Assembly: GCA_963743815.1 (NCBI GenBank)
Contig: CAVURB010000002.1
Coordinates: forward strand, 9,008-73,007
From: an uncultured Chloroflexia bacterium
GTDB taxonomy: Bacteria > Chloroflexota > Limnocylindria > Limnocylindrales > CSP1-4
DNA length: 64,000 nt
Reading direction: 5' to 3'
The notes under the pieces were generated by a model, which did no database searches, had not been told where the DNA came from, and was given only the letters and a program-made list of their open reading frames with translations. Of this stretch, positions 12,275-27,742 are shown piece after piece. Made by a program: the position numbers and the translations under genes. Position 1 is the stretch's first letter. The number at the start of each line of letters is the position of its first letter.

Positions 12275-12771
12275 CAGTCCACCCGTTCCTGGTCCATCCG
12301 TCGATCGTGCACGGCGATCACCAGCGGGCCCACGATCGCGGCGAGAACGGCGTCGTAGATGGCACCCGGCACCACGGTCGACAGCGGGTCGTCGACCGGG
12401 AGCGGTGCGCCCAGCGCGCCGAAGATGATGAACAGGATCATCGAGTACCCGATGCTGAGGACGAACACGGCCCCGATCGGGACGATCGGTCGAAGCCGTG
12501 CGAAGGATCTGGCGAGGACAGAGGCGCCGCCCACGCACAGGAGGAGGGCGAACGCCGAGGAGCCGAGCGGTCGTTGTGCAAGGACATCGAGTGCGAGACC
12601 TCCGACGAAGGCCCAGACCAGACCGGCCTCGAGACCGACCGCGATCGTGACCACGACGCCGAAGACGAGCACCAGATGTGGTTGCGCGTCTCCGATCTTG
12701 AGATAAGCACCGACGGTGAGTTCCAGCAGGGCCGTCACCACCGCACCGACCGCAGCGAGTAGCAGGGTCAT
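12271..12771 (-). CDS. mreD: Rod shape-determining protein MreD
   Basis: Hydrophobic 166-aa protein; PHLVLVFGV...GLVWAFVGGLALDVL; stop overlaps the mrdA GTG. Confidence 0.85.
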   Translation of the reverse strand: MTLLLAAVGAVVTALLELTVGAYLKIGDAQPHLVLVFGVVVTIAVGLEAGLVWAFVGGLALDVLAQRPLGSSAFALLLCVGGASVLARSFARLRPIVPIGAVFVLSIGYSMILFIIFGALGAPLPVDDPLSTVVPGAIYDAVLAAIVGPLVIAVHDRRMDQERVDW

Positions 12772-12937
12772 CGGTCGGGTCGAATCCTCGGCGAAGTGGC
12801 CAAAGGTCGCGCCCCTCCCTGCCTGGCACCTCAAGACGATGGATTCGGCGGCGACGTCTTCGGTGCAGTATCCCATGCGAGGCACGAACGGGCAACGGGC
12901 CGCGGTCGAGGTCCCGATCCGATGCAGCGCGCCGGGC

Positions 12938-12953
12938 TGTTTCACGTGAAACA
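12938..12953. promoter_or_regulatory. parS: parS centromere site
   Basis: Perfect palindrome TGTTTCACGTGAAACA, the canonical ParB-binding consensus, about 125 bp upstream of parA. Confidence 0.95.
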
Positions 12954-13037
12954 AGCGCCGGATACGTCGCAGCTACGTCACGCCTGCCATGCTGGCGGCA
13001 GCGCATCCGCAGAACGAGGTCAAACGCCCGGCGATGG

Positions 13038-13043
13038 TAGAAT
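13038..13043 (+). promoter_or_regulatory. Extended -10 element of the parAB promoter
   Basis: TG-G-TAGAAT upstream of parA. Confidence 0.55.
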
Positions 13044-13078
13044 TCGAGCCTGTGAGAGCCCTCCGAGCAGGCCACTGA

Positions 13079-13909
13079 GTGGGCCGAACGATCGCCTGCG
13101 CGAACCAGAAGGGCGGCGTCGGCAAGACCACGACGGTGGTGAACCTCGCGAGCTACCTTGCGCTCGACGGGGACCGCGTCCTCGTCGTCGACCTCGACCC
13201 CCAGGGGAACGCCACGAGCGGGCTCGGCGTGGATCGCGCCGCGCTGGACCGTTCCGTCTATGACGCCGTCGTCGACGGCCACGAACTGGAGACACTCATC
13301 GTCCAGAGCTCGGCGTCCGCCGTCGACATCGTCCCCGCCTCGATCGCGCTCGCCGGCGCCGAGGTCGAGCTCGCGGGGATCGATGCCCGCGAACGGCGGC
13401 TGCGTCGGATGCTCGAGCCCGTCGCACCGAAGTACGACGTCATCTTCATCGATTGCCCGCCATCGCTCGGCCTGCTGACCGTGAATGCACTGACCGCTGC
13501 CGATGCCGTGCTCGTCCCGCTCCAGTGTGAGTACTACGCGCTTGAAGGACTGACCCAGTTGCTCGCAACCATCGACCTCGTCCGGGATCATCTGAACCCG
13601 CGTCTCGCGCTCGACGGGCATCGTCCTGACCATGGCCGACGCCCGCACGAACCTGTCCGCCGACGTCGCCGCTGAGGTCCGCCGACACCTGGGCGACAAG
13701 GTCTACGAGACGGTCATCCCGCGAAGTGTCCGGCTCTCGGAGGCACCGAGCCATGGGCTGCCGATCAACCGGTACGCCGAAGGGTCGCGCGGCGCCGTCG
13801 CCTACCGCCTCCTCGCTCGCGAGTTCCGGGCGCGCCGCGATCGTGGACCGGTCCCCTCGGCCTTCGCCGCACAAGAGCGAACCGCCGACGCCGAAGCGAT
13901 GGTGCTCTC

Positions 13910-13913
<4 letters not shown>
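13079..13913 (+). CDS. parA: Chromosome partitioning ATPase ParA/Soj; frameshift near 13620
   Basis: ANQKGGVGKTTT, DLDPQGNATSGLG, IDCPPSLGLLT, PLQCEYYALEG, IPRSVRLSEAPSHG. Confidence 0.96.
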
Positions 13914-16742
<2,829 letters not shown>

Positions 16743-16756
16743 CACCCGGGTCATCG

Positions 16757-17247
16757 ATGTACCGGGCGTCGCCCGCTTCGAGGTCGCTCCCCATCGCTGT
16801 TTCGCTTGCGGGACGCTGAACACCAACGGGATCGGGCTCATCCTCCACGTGGAGGCGGACCGCTCGTGGACGGAGTTCGAACTCGAGCCACGGTTCCAGG
16901 GATGGGACGGGATCGCCCATGGCGGGATCCTGTGCACGATCCTCGACGAAGTCATGGCGTGGTCGCTGGCCGGCGCCGACAACTGGGGCATGACCGCACG
17001 GATGCAGGTCGATTTCCGCAAGCCCGTCCCGCTGGAGACACCGCTTCGCGCGGAAGGGTGGATCACGCGTTCGCGGCGCCGGATCATCGACACGCAGGGC
17101 CGGATCATCGATCGCGCCACCGGCCAGGAGCTGGCGACCGGGACCGGCGTCTACGTGGCCGCCGACGCGTCACGGAAGGCCGAACTCCGCGCTCGCTACG
17201 GGTTCCGTGGACCCGACACACCCGACCACGTGGACGCCACCTCGTGA
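16757..17247 (+). CDS. PaaI/hot-dog fold thioesterase; start uncertain
   Basis: HRCFACG..N..GIGL, FQGWDGIAHGGILCTILDEVMAW. Confidence 0.82.
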
Positions 17248-18224
17248 CGACCGCGACGGCAGACCGAACCGCCTCGCCGACGACCGCACGGGCCGTGGCG
17301 TTCGTGGCCGCCCGGCGGCCCATCGCCGAGACGCTTGGTGCCGGTCTCGCGGACCAGATCGGCGATCCGGATGCCTTCGCCGCAGCGCTGCGCGCCGCGT
17401 TCGTGCGACTCGCCGACCCCGAGTACCACGACGGTCAGCATCGGGTGGCGCCGAACCTGGGTCTCGTCCACGGTGTGCGCTGGCCGCTGCTCGCAGCCGT
17501 CGCCCGAGGCTTCCGGCAGGCGACGCGCGGCGACCGTCCGACCGCCCTGCTGTACGTGGCCGACCGACTCTTTCGGGAGCCGGAGCTGGAAGCCCGCTGG
17601 TTCGCCTTCGGATTGCTCGAGCGCACGTTGCCGGCAGACGCTGAACGTACGTGGCAGCTCCTTCGACGAGCCGCGCGCGAGTCGGCTGACTGGATCACCG
17701 TGGACAGCCTGGCCCACCCGTACGCGCTCGGGATCGCCGCCGAAGCCTACCGATGGGCGGAGCTCGAGCAGCTGGTGTTCTCTCCCTCGCGCTGGGAACG
17801 TCGGCTGGTCGGGTCCACGATCGCGACGATGACGCACGGCAACGGTCGCACGGACCGCGGTCCGACCGTGGTAGAGCACGCCCTGCCGCTGCTGGGACAG
17901 CTGATAGGTGACGCCGAACCCGACGTCCAGAAGGCGTTGTCGTGGGCGTATCGGTCACTCGCCGCGGTCGATCCCGCCGCCACCCTCGCCGCCCTCACCG
18001 CCGAGACGGACCGGGCGGTCGCCGGCGACGACGGTCATCGCGCATGGGTGATCCGCGACAGTCTTGCCAAGCTGGATCCGGCGTTCGCCGACGACCTGCG
18101 ACGCCGCCTCGCGGGGATCCGCAAGCGAGCGGGTGCGCCGTCGACCTCCGCCGCCGCCTCGACGTCCGCCCGCTTCGGCGGCCTGCCCGATCCCATCCAC
18201 CACCCTGAACCGCCGCTCGTCTGA
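17244..18224 (+). CDS. DNA alkylation repair enzyme-like (AlkD/AlkC HEAT-repeat) protein
   Basis: DWITVDSLA, WERR..VGS, GDAEPDVQKALSWAYR; GTG overlaps the upstream stop. Confidence 0.7.
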   Translation: MTTATADRTASPTTARAVAFVAARRPIAETLGAGLADQIGDPDAFAAALRAAFVRLADPEYHDGQHRVAPNLGLVHGVRWPLLAAVARGFRQATRGDRPTALLYVADRLFREPELEARWFAFGLLERTLPADAERTWQLLRRAARESADWITVDSLAHPYALGIAAEAYRWAELEQLVFSPSRWERRLVGSTIATMTHGNGRTDRGPTVVEHALPLLGQLIGDAEPDVQKALSWAYRSLAAVDPAATLAALTAETDRAVAGDDGHRAWVIRDSLAKLDPAFADDLRRRLAGIRKRAGAPSTSAAASTSARFGGLPDPIHHPEPPLV

Positions 18225-18240
18225 GCAGGAGTAGCCGACC

Positions 18241-20805
18241 GTGACCGACGACATGGGCAACGTCCGAGCCATCCGGATCGAGGACGAGATGCGCGTCTCG
18301 TACCTCGATTACGCGATGAGCGTGATCGTGGCCCGCGCCCTGCCGGACGTCCGCGACGGACTCAAGCCCGTCCACCGCCGGATCCTCTACACGATGGGCG
18401 AGATGGGGCTCTCCGCTACCAGCTCGTATCGCAAGTGCGCGGCGATCGTCGGCGAGGTGATGGGCAAGTACCACCCGCACGGCGACGTGGCGCTGTACGA
18501 CGCCCTCGTCCGCCTGGCCCAGGACTTCTCGATGCGCTACCCGCTCGTCGATGGGCAGGGCAACTTCGGATCGGTGGATGGCGACGGCGCGGCGGCGATG
18601 CGCTACACGGAAGCGCGCCTGACCGGGATCGCCGCCGAGATGCTGGCCGATATCGACAAGGAGACCGTCGACTTCGTCGAGAACTACGACGGCACGCAGA
18701 AGCAGCCGTCCGTCCTGCCGGCGAAGCTCCCCAACCTCCTGGTGAACGGCAGCTCGGGGATCGCCGTCGGGATGGCGACCAACATCCCGCCGCATCACCT
18801 CGGCGAGATCGTGGATGCGACGGTCGCACTCATCGACGACCCGGACCTGACCTCGGATGACCTCTGCAAGTTCGTCATGGGCCCGGACTTCCCGACCGGC
18901 GGCACGATCTTCCGGTTCGAGAAGCAGCGCAACATCCTGACCGGCGAGTGGGAGACGGTGGACGCGATCCGCCAGATGTATGCCCATGGTCGCGGACGTG
19001 TGGTGATGCGCGCCCAGGTGGCCTTCGAGGAGGTCCGCGGCGACCGCACCGCGATCATCGTGACCGAGTTGCCATACCAGGTGAACAAAGCCGCGCTCCT
19101 CGAGAAGATGGCCGACCTGGTCAAGGACAAGCGCATCGATGGCATCGCGGACCTTCGCGACGAATCGGACCGCGACGGGATGCGCATCTACATCGAGATC
19201 AAGCGGGACGCGAACCCCCACAAAGTCCTGAACAACCTGTTCAAGCACACGCCGATGCAGCTCGCGTTCAACATGAACATGCTCGCGCTGGTCGATGGCC
19301 AGCCGCAGACGCTGCCGCTGCGGAGCGTCCTCCAGCATTACGTCGATCACCGCCGCGACATCGTCCGGCGGAGGACGGAGTTCGACCTGGGCAAGGCGCG
19401 TGCCCGGGCGCACATCCTCGAGGGCCTCAAGATCGCCCTCGACAACCTCGACGCCGTCATCAAGACGATCCGCGAGTCGTCGGAGGTCGATGACGCGCGA
19501 ACGAACCTCATGAAGCGCTTCGACCTGTCCGAGCTCCAGGCCCAGGCGATCCTGGACATGCGGCTGGCCCGCCTGGCCGCCCTCGAGCGCAAGAAGATCG
19601 AGGACGAATACCTCCAGGTCATCCAGCTCATCGCCGAGCTCGAGGACATCCTCGCCAACCCGGCGCGGGTCCTCGGGATCATCAAGGACGAGCTCGCGGA
19701 GCTCAAGAAGAAGTACGCCGGCGAGCGACGCACGCGCGTCGCGGACGATGCCAGTCGAGAGATGACCGACGAGGACCTGATCGCCGACGAGGACGTCGTC
19801 GTGACGATCTCCGGTCGCGGCTACATCAAGCGCCAGCCAGTGGACACGTACCGACGCCAGCACCGCGGCGGGAAGGGGATCATCGGCCATGTCACCCGCG
19901 AGGAGGACGCGGTCGAGCACCTGCTGGTCGCGAACACGCACCACTGGGCGCTGTTCTTCACGAACCGCGGGCGCGTGTTCAGCGCGAAGGTCCACTCGAT
20001 CCCGGATGCCAGCCGCCAGGCCAAGGGCATCCCGATCATCAACCTGCCCGGCGTCCAGGTGGAATCGGGCGAGCTCCCGATGGCCACGATCGTGCTCAAG
20101 GATTTCACGGCGGGCTCGTACCTGGTCCTCGCGACCCGCAAGGGCATCGTCAAGAAGACCCCACTCGAGCAATTCGAGCGGGTGCGTTCCTCGGGGATCC
20201 GGGCCATCACCATCGCCGACGACGACGAGCTGGCATGGGTCGACGTGAGCACGGGCCACGACGACGTGATCATCGCCACGGCCAAGGGCAAGCTCGCGCG
20301 GTTCGCCGAGAGCGAGGTCCGGGCCATGGGTCGCGATGCCGCGGGCGTCATCGGGATCCGGTTGGCCCGCCAGGGCGATTCGGTCGTGGGCATGAGCGTG
20401 GTTGAGCCGGAATCGGACATCCTCGTCCTCTCGGAGACCGGCTATGGCAAGCGCGTCCCCTTGACCGAGTTCCGTCGGAAGCACCGCGGAGGCCAGGGCG
20501 TCGGTCTCATCTCGCTGGAAGGACGCAAGACCGGTGACGTCGCGGCCGTCCAGCAGGTCACCGACGAGGACGAGGAGCTGCTCCTCATCAGCGCTGGCGG
20601 TCAGGTCATCCGGACCGAGACGAACACGATCAACCGCTATTCCTCCGCGGCGCGAGGCGTCATCGTCATGCGCCTGGCCGAGGGGGACCGGGTCGTGGCG
20701 ATCGCCGCGTTCCGAGCCGGACTTGCGGACCGCGACGGCATGGGCGAGGATGGGGACCCCGGAGCGGGTGGTCCTGGTCCGACCGTCCCGTCCGGCGGTC
20801 AGTGA
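18241..20805 (+). CDS. gyrA: DNA gyrase subunit A
   Basis: [15 protein letters not shown] (catalytic Tyr), GyrA-box QHRGGKG, C-terminal pinwheel repeats. Confidence 0.98.
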   Translation: MTDDMGNVRAIRIEDEMRVSYLDYAMSVIVARALPDVRDGLKPVHRRILYTMGEMGLSATSSYRKCAAIVGEVMGKYHPHGDVALYDALVRLAQDFSMRYPLVDGQGNFGSVDGDGAAAMRYTEARLTGIAAEMLADIDKETVDFVENYDGTQKQPSVLPAKLPNLLVNGSSGIAVGMATNIPPHHLGEIVDATVALIDDPDLTSDDLCKFVMGPDFPTGGTIFRFEKQRNILTGEWETVDAIRQMYAHGRGRVVMRAQVAFEEVRGDRTAIIVTELPYQVNKAALLEKMADLVKDKRIDGIADLRDESDRDGMRIYIEIKRDANPHKVLNNLFKHTPMQLAFNMNMLALVDGQPQTLPLRSVLQHYVDHRRDIVRRRTEFDLGKARARAHILEGLKIALDNLDAVIKTIRESSEVDDARTNLMKRFDLSELQAQAILDMRLARLAALERKKIEDEYLQVIQLIAELEDILANPARVLGIIKDELAELKKKYAGERRTRVADDASREMTDEDLIADEDVVVTISGRGYIKRQPVDTYRRQHRGGKGIIGHVTREEDAVEHLLVANTHHWALFFTNRGRVFSAKVHSIPDASRQAKGIPIINLPGVQVESGELPMATIVLKDFTAGSYLVLATRKGIVKKTPLEQFERVRSSGIRAITIADDDELAWVDVSTGHDDVIIATAKGKLARFAESEVRAMGRDAAGVIGIRLARQGDSVVGMSVVEPESDILVLSETGYGKRVPLTEFRRKHRGGQGVGLISLEGRKTGDVAAVQQVTDEDEELLLISAGGQVIRTETNTINRYSSAARGVIVMRLAEGDRVVAIAAFRAGLADRDGMGEDGDPGAGGPGPTVPSGGQ

Positions 20806-21926
20806 CGAAGGCCTCGGATTTCGGCGAGCGGGAGACGGCACCGTTGTACGCGGACCAGTTCGAGATCTACCACGGGAACGCCAACCCGGACCTGGCACGC
20901 AAGATCGCGCGCTACCTGGGCACCGAACCGGGCAAGGCCGAAGTCTTCCAGTTCGCGAACGAGAACATCTTCGTCAAGATCCTGGACAACGTCCGGGAGA
21001 AGGACGTCTTCCTCGTCCAGCCGACGTCGCACCCGGTCAACCAGTCGATCATGGAACTCCTGATCATGATCGACGCGTTCAAGCGGGCCTCCGCCGGGCG
21101 GATCACCGCGGTCATCCCGTTCTACGCGTACGGTCGCTCCGACAAGAAGGACCAACCGCGGGTCCCGATCACCGCTCGGCTCATCGCCGACATGATCACG
21201 GTGGCCGGCGCCGACCGGGTGCTCTCGATGGACCTCCACCAGGGCCAGATCCAGGGGTTCTTCAACATCCCGGTCGATGAGTTGACGGCGGTGCACCTGC
21301 TGTCGCGCCACTTCATCAACAAGCACCTCGAGGATTGCGTCGTCGTCACGGACCTTGGGTTCGCCAAGCGCGCGCGCACGTTCGCGGAGCTGCTGAACGC
21401 CCCGCTGGCGATCATCGAGAAGCGTCGCGTGGGGAACCTGGATCGCGCGGAGCTGATGAATGTCATCGGCGACGTCCGCGGCAAGCGCGCGATCATCGTC
21501 GACGACGAGATCGACACGGGCGGGACCCTCATCGAGGTCGTCCGGGCGCTCGAGCGCGAGGGCGTCACCGAGATGTACGCCTGCGCGACTCATGGAGTCC
21601 TCTCGGACCCGGCGGTGGAGCGGATCCGCGACAGCTCGCTGCGCGAAGTCGTCATCACCGACTCGATCCCCCTGCCGGCCGCCAAGCGGATCCCCAAGCT
21701 CACCATCCTGTCCGTCGCGCCACTCATCGGCGAGGCGATCAAGCGCATCCACCGCGGCGAGTCGGTCGGCGCGCTGTTCTCCAGCGAGGTCTCGTTCACG
21801 CAGGAGATGCTGCTGTGGGATGACGGCAGCGAGGGCGGACTCGGCGGGCTCGACGAACCCGGCCCTACCGGTGGCGAGCCCTTGGCGGCGGACCTCGCGT
21901 CCGCTGTACCATCGGTCGACCGATGA
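20802..21926 (+). CDS. prs: Ribose-phosphate pyrophosphokinase
   Basis: [42 protein letters not shown]. Confidence 0.96.
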   Translation: MTKASDFGERETAPLYADQFEIYHGNANPDLARKIARYLGTEPGKAEVFQFANENIFVKILDNVREKDVFLVQPTSHPVNQSIMELLIMIDAFKRASAGRITAVIPFYAYGRSDKKDQPRVPITARLIADMITVAGADRVLSMDLHQGQIQGFFNIPVDELTAVHLLSRHFINKHLEDCVVVTDLGFAKRARTFAELLNAPLAIIEKRRVGNLDRAELMNVIGDVRGKRAIIVDDEIDTGGTLIEVVRALEREGVTEMYACATHGVLSDPAVERIRDSSLREVVITDSIPLPAAKRIPKLTILSVAPLIGEAIKRIHRGESVGALFSSEVSFTQEMLLWDDGSEGGLGGLDEPGPTGGEPLAADLASAVPSVDR

Positions 21927-22189
21927 CCCTCCAGCTGCACCGACCCGACGGCGAAGGCGGCCTCGAGCCGCGACCCGTCACCGACCAGGACTGGCAGAAC
22001 CAGCTGCGCTCGCCGCGCTGGGGCAGCGGGCTGCGTGGCGGCCGGTTGCCCGCCCACAAGAACACCGAGATGAACCCGACGTCGCGGTTGCGCTCGGTGC
22101 TGTTCTGGCTGGCCCTGGGCGCGGTGACGTTCGTCGTCCTCGTCGCCGGCTACGGCTCCGGGTTCTGGAGCCTCGTCCCGCCGAGCTGA
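21923..22189 (+). CDS. Small hypothetical protein with a C-terminal TM helix
   Basis: ATG overlaps the prs stop; hydrophobic VLFWLALGAVTFVVLVAGYG. Confidence 0.6.
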   Translation: MTLQLHRPDGEGGLEPRPVTDQDWQNQLRSPRWGSGLRGGRLPAHKNTEMNPTSRLRSVLFWLALGAVTFVVLVAGYGSGFWSLVPPS

Positions 22190-22239
22190 GGCCTGCCCGC
22201 GAAACCCTCGCCTTGGGAACTCCGGTCCAGGCACGCCTG

Positions 22240-22400
22240 AACGTCCCACCTAGTCTCCCCACGAATCCTGTGGAAGGCTGAGCCGGTCGGGACCCCAGGA
22301 TCCCTTCCGCCCTGGTCCGGGTGGACTGCCACGGACGCCACACAGTGGGATCGGGCGCCCTGCCGCGCACCAGTATCGCCACGGGACTAGGAGGGACGTT
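22240..22400 (-). ncRNA. Candidate structured ncRNA (raiA-motif-like or 6S-like); strand and ends uncertain
   Basis: 15/16-bp closing inverted repeat at 22240-22255 and 22385-22400 with several internal helices; G-U pairs favour the minus strand. Confidence 0.5.
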
Positions 22401-22482
22401 GCGGGATCCGGCCGCGCGGGATCCGGCCGCGCGGGATCCGGCCGCGTGCGCGGGATCCGTCCCGTTGCGGGATCTGGCCGCC
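22401..22482. repeat. 15-bp tandem repeat GCGGGATCCGGCCGC: three perfect and two degenerate copies
   Basis: Perfect copies at 22401, 22416 and 22431; degenerate copies near 22450 and 22467. Confidence 0.9.
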
Positions 22483-22592
22483 AGGGACTCCGGACGATGT
22501 CGGGTGGCGCGAACACGACCTTCCCGTCCGCGCGGCTGACGCCCGCCCACGAATCGGGGTCCGAGGCGGTCTCGCCCTATACTCTCCGTCCC

Positions 22593-25610
<3,018 letters not shown>

Positions 25611-25624
25611 GCGGTCGTCCATCG

Positions 25625-26217
25625 GTGGGTCTGGTCGTCCGTTTCGTCCTCGTCGCGGGGGTCGTGGCCGTCGGGGTCGCGGGGTACGCGACGTACCGGA
25701 TCTGGGACCAGGGCGGACGGACGAGCGGCCATCCGTCGATGCGATCGTCGTCATGGGTGCCGCGCAGTACGACGGCCGGCCGTCTCCCGTGTTCGCGGCG
25801 CGCCTCGACCACGCGGTCGAGCTGTTCCATGCGGGGCTTGCCCCCAGGCTCATCGTGACGGGCGGCAAGGCGGAAGGTGATCGGACGACCGAGGCCGCCA
25901 GCGCTCGCGCCTATGCCATCGCGCACGACGTCCCTGAGGACGCGATCCTCCTCGAGGACGAGAGTCGGACGACGCTCGAGTCGATCCGTGGGGTCGCCGC
26001 TCTCATGGACGGCCACGACCTCTCGACGGCGATCTTCGTCTCCGACCCGACCCACATGCTGCGCGTCCTGCGGATGGCGTCCGACGCGGGGATCACGGGC
26101 TATGGGTCGCCGACGACGACGAGCCCGATCGAGCGGGATGCCGTCGCTCGCGTGGATGCGCTGGTCCACGAACTGGGCGCGCTGGCCGTGTATTTCCTGT
26201 CCGGCCAGGCTCCCTGA
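25625..26217 (+). CDS. YdcF/DUF218 (ElyC/SanA-like) envelope protein; frameshift near 25720
   Basis: N-terminal TM; DAIVVMGAA, ARLDHAVEL, IVTGG, EDESRTTLES, SDPTHMLR. Confidence 0.88.
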
Positions 26218-26260
26218 GGGCGATCGAGCGTCCCGAGGAACCGCGATCTGGATTTCCCTC

Positions 26261-26289
26261 TTGGCGGTGGGAGATTGGCCGCCTATACT
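26261..26289 (+). promoter_or_regulatory. Sigma70-type promoter upstream of the Cys-rich ORF and prfB
   Basis: TTGGCG-N17-TATACT. Confidence 0.6.
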
Positions 26290-26385
26290 GTGCCAAACCT
26301 ACCGCCACGGGCCGCCCGAGTACCCACGGCAGGTCGAGCTCCCAGCCCAGTCGCCCGTGCCCAGCGCCAACTAGTGAGGGAGTCC

Positions 26386-26610
26386 GTGAAGCAGGCCGAG
26401 GACGCCGCGTTCGTCGATCTGATCGCATGCGAGCGCGACTGTCGCTCCTGCAGTTATGCCGCCGCATTGGACTGCGATGGCAATTGCGGCGTTTGTCCGC
26501 ACAACGGTTACTGTCCCTGCGTGAACCCCGTCGTCGCGCGGAGCAAGACAGCACTGCGGCTCATCGAGCTGCGCCCGCTCCTGCTCCAGGATCTCCAGGT
26601 CCGGAACTAG
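26386..26610 (+). CDS. 74-aa Cys-rich protein with two CX3CX2C motifs and a CXC
   Basis: GAGGGA SD before GTG; CERDCRSC...CDGNCGVC...CPC; TAG abuts the prfB GTG. Confidence 0.7.
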   Translation: MKQAEDAAFVDLIACERDCRSCSYAAALDCDGNCGVCPHNGYCPCVNPVVARSKTALRLIELRPLLLQDLQVRN

Positions 26611-27742
26611 GTGGACGCATCCACCATCCGCGACCTGGCCGAACGGATCCGGTCGACCTCGGGGCGGCTTTGACCTCGAGGTCAAGGGAGAGCGCGTCGC
26701 CCAGCTCGAGGCGCTGACCCAGGAGCCCGGGTTCTGGGATGACCAGCGCGGTGCCCAGAAGGTGCTGCGCGAGGCCGATGGGCTGCGGTCCGAGATCGAA
26801 ACCTGGACCGACCTGCTGACCCGCACCGCCGACCTCGAAGCGGCCGTCGAGCTTCTCGACGAGACCGACGATGCCGGCCTCCAGGCCGAGCTCGAGCGCG
26901 ACGCCGCGGGGCTCGAGAAGGATTTCTCCCTCGAGCGGACGGCCCTGCTGTTCTCCGGCGAGCACGACGAGCGGGCGGCCATCCTCACGATCAGCGCCGG
27001 CGCGGGCGGGACCGAAGCAACCGACTGGGCCGAGATGCTCCTGCGGATGTACCTGCGCTGGGCCGAACGCCATCGGTTCCCGACGGAGATCATCGACCAG
27101 CAGGAAGGCGAGCAGGCGGGCCTCAAGAGCGTGACCGTCGAGGTGGGCGGTCGGCGCGCGTACGGATGGCTGCGGGCGGAGCGCGGGGTCCATCGGCTGG
27201 TACGGATCAGCCCGTTCGATTCGCAGAAGCGGCGCCAGACCACGTTCGCCCTCGTCGAGGTGCTCCCCGAGGTGGACGACGACATCGAGATCGAACTCGA
27301 CTGGGACGTCATCCGGGTGGACACCTACCGGGCGCAGGGCGCCGGTGGCCAGCACGTCAACAAGACCGATTCCGCCGTCCGACTCACCCACGGACCCACC
27401 GGTCTCGTCGTCCAGAGCCAGAACGAGCGCTCACAGACGCAGAACAAGGAGAACGCCATCAAGGTCCTCAAGGCGCGGCTCCTGGAGCGGGCGCTCGAGG
27501 AGAAGGAGGCGGAGATGCGCGCGCTCAAGGGCGAGCACGTCGAGGCCGGCTGGGGCAACCAGATCCGGAGTTACGTCCTGCATCCCTACCAGATGGTGAA
27601 GGACCTTCGGACGGGCTACGAGACCGGCAACACCAGCGCCGTGCTCGATGGGGACCTGGACGCGTTCATGCAGGCGGAACTCGAACGACTCGCGACCGGC
27701 GGCGCGCTGCGCGGCGAGCACGCCGAGACACCCGTCGCGTGA
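26611..27742 (+). CDS. prfB: Peptide chain release factor 2 with programmed +1 frameshift at CTT-TGA-C (26668-26674)
   Basis: 20-codon first frame ends GGG CGG CTT TGA C; +1 frame gives DLEVK..FWDD, RISPFD (SPF motif) and GAGGQHVN. Confidence 0.97.

Noticed and set aside
22190-22400. Cobalamin or c-di-AMP riboswitch, SRP RNA, or MITE
   Set aside because: Only short partial matches (GGGAACTCCGGT; GAATCC..GGA; CAGG..GGAAGG). The B12 box, the GUCAGCUAAC element and the SRP GCAG are missing. There is no target-site duplication around the 16-bp inverted repeat.
22401-22482. Possible CRISPR array
   Set aside because: The 15-bp units are contiguous with no spacers, and there are no cas genes.
26386-26610. 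Cys-rich ORF as a radical-SAM enzyme fragment
   Set aside because: It is 74 aa, bounded by an SD/start and a stop, the motif is duplicated, and no barrel sequence is evident in adjacent frames.
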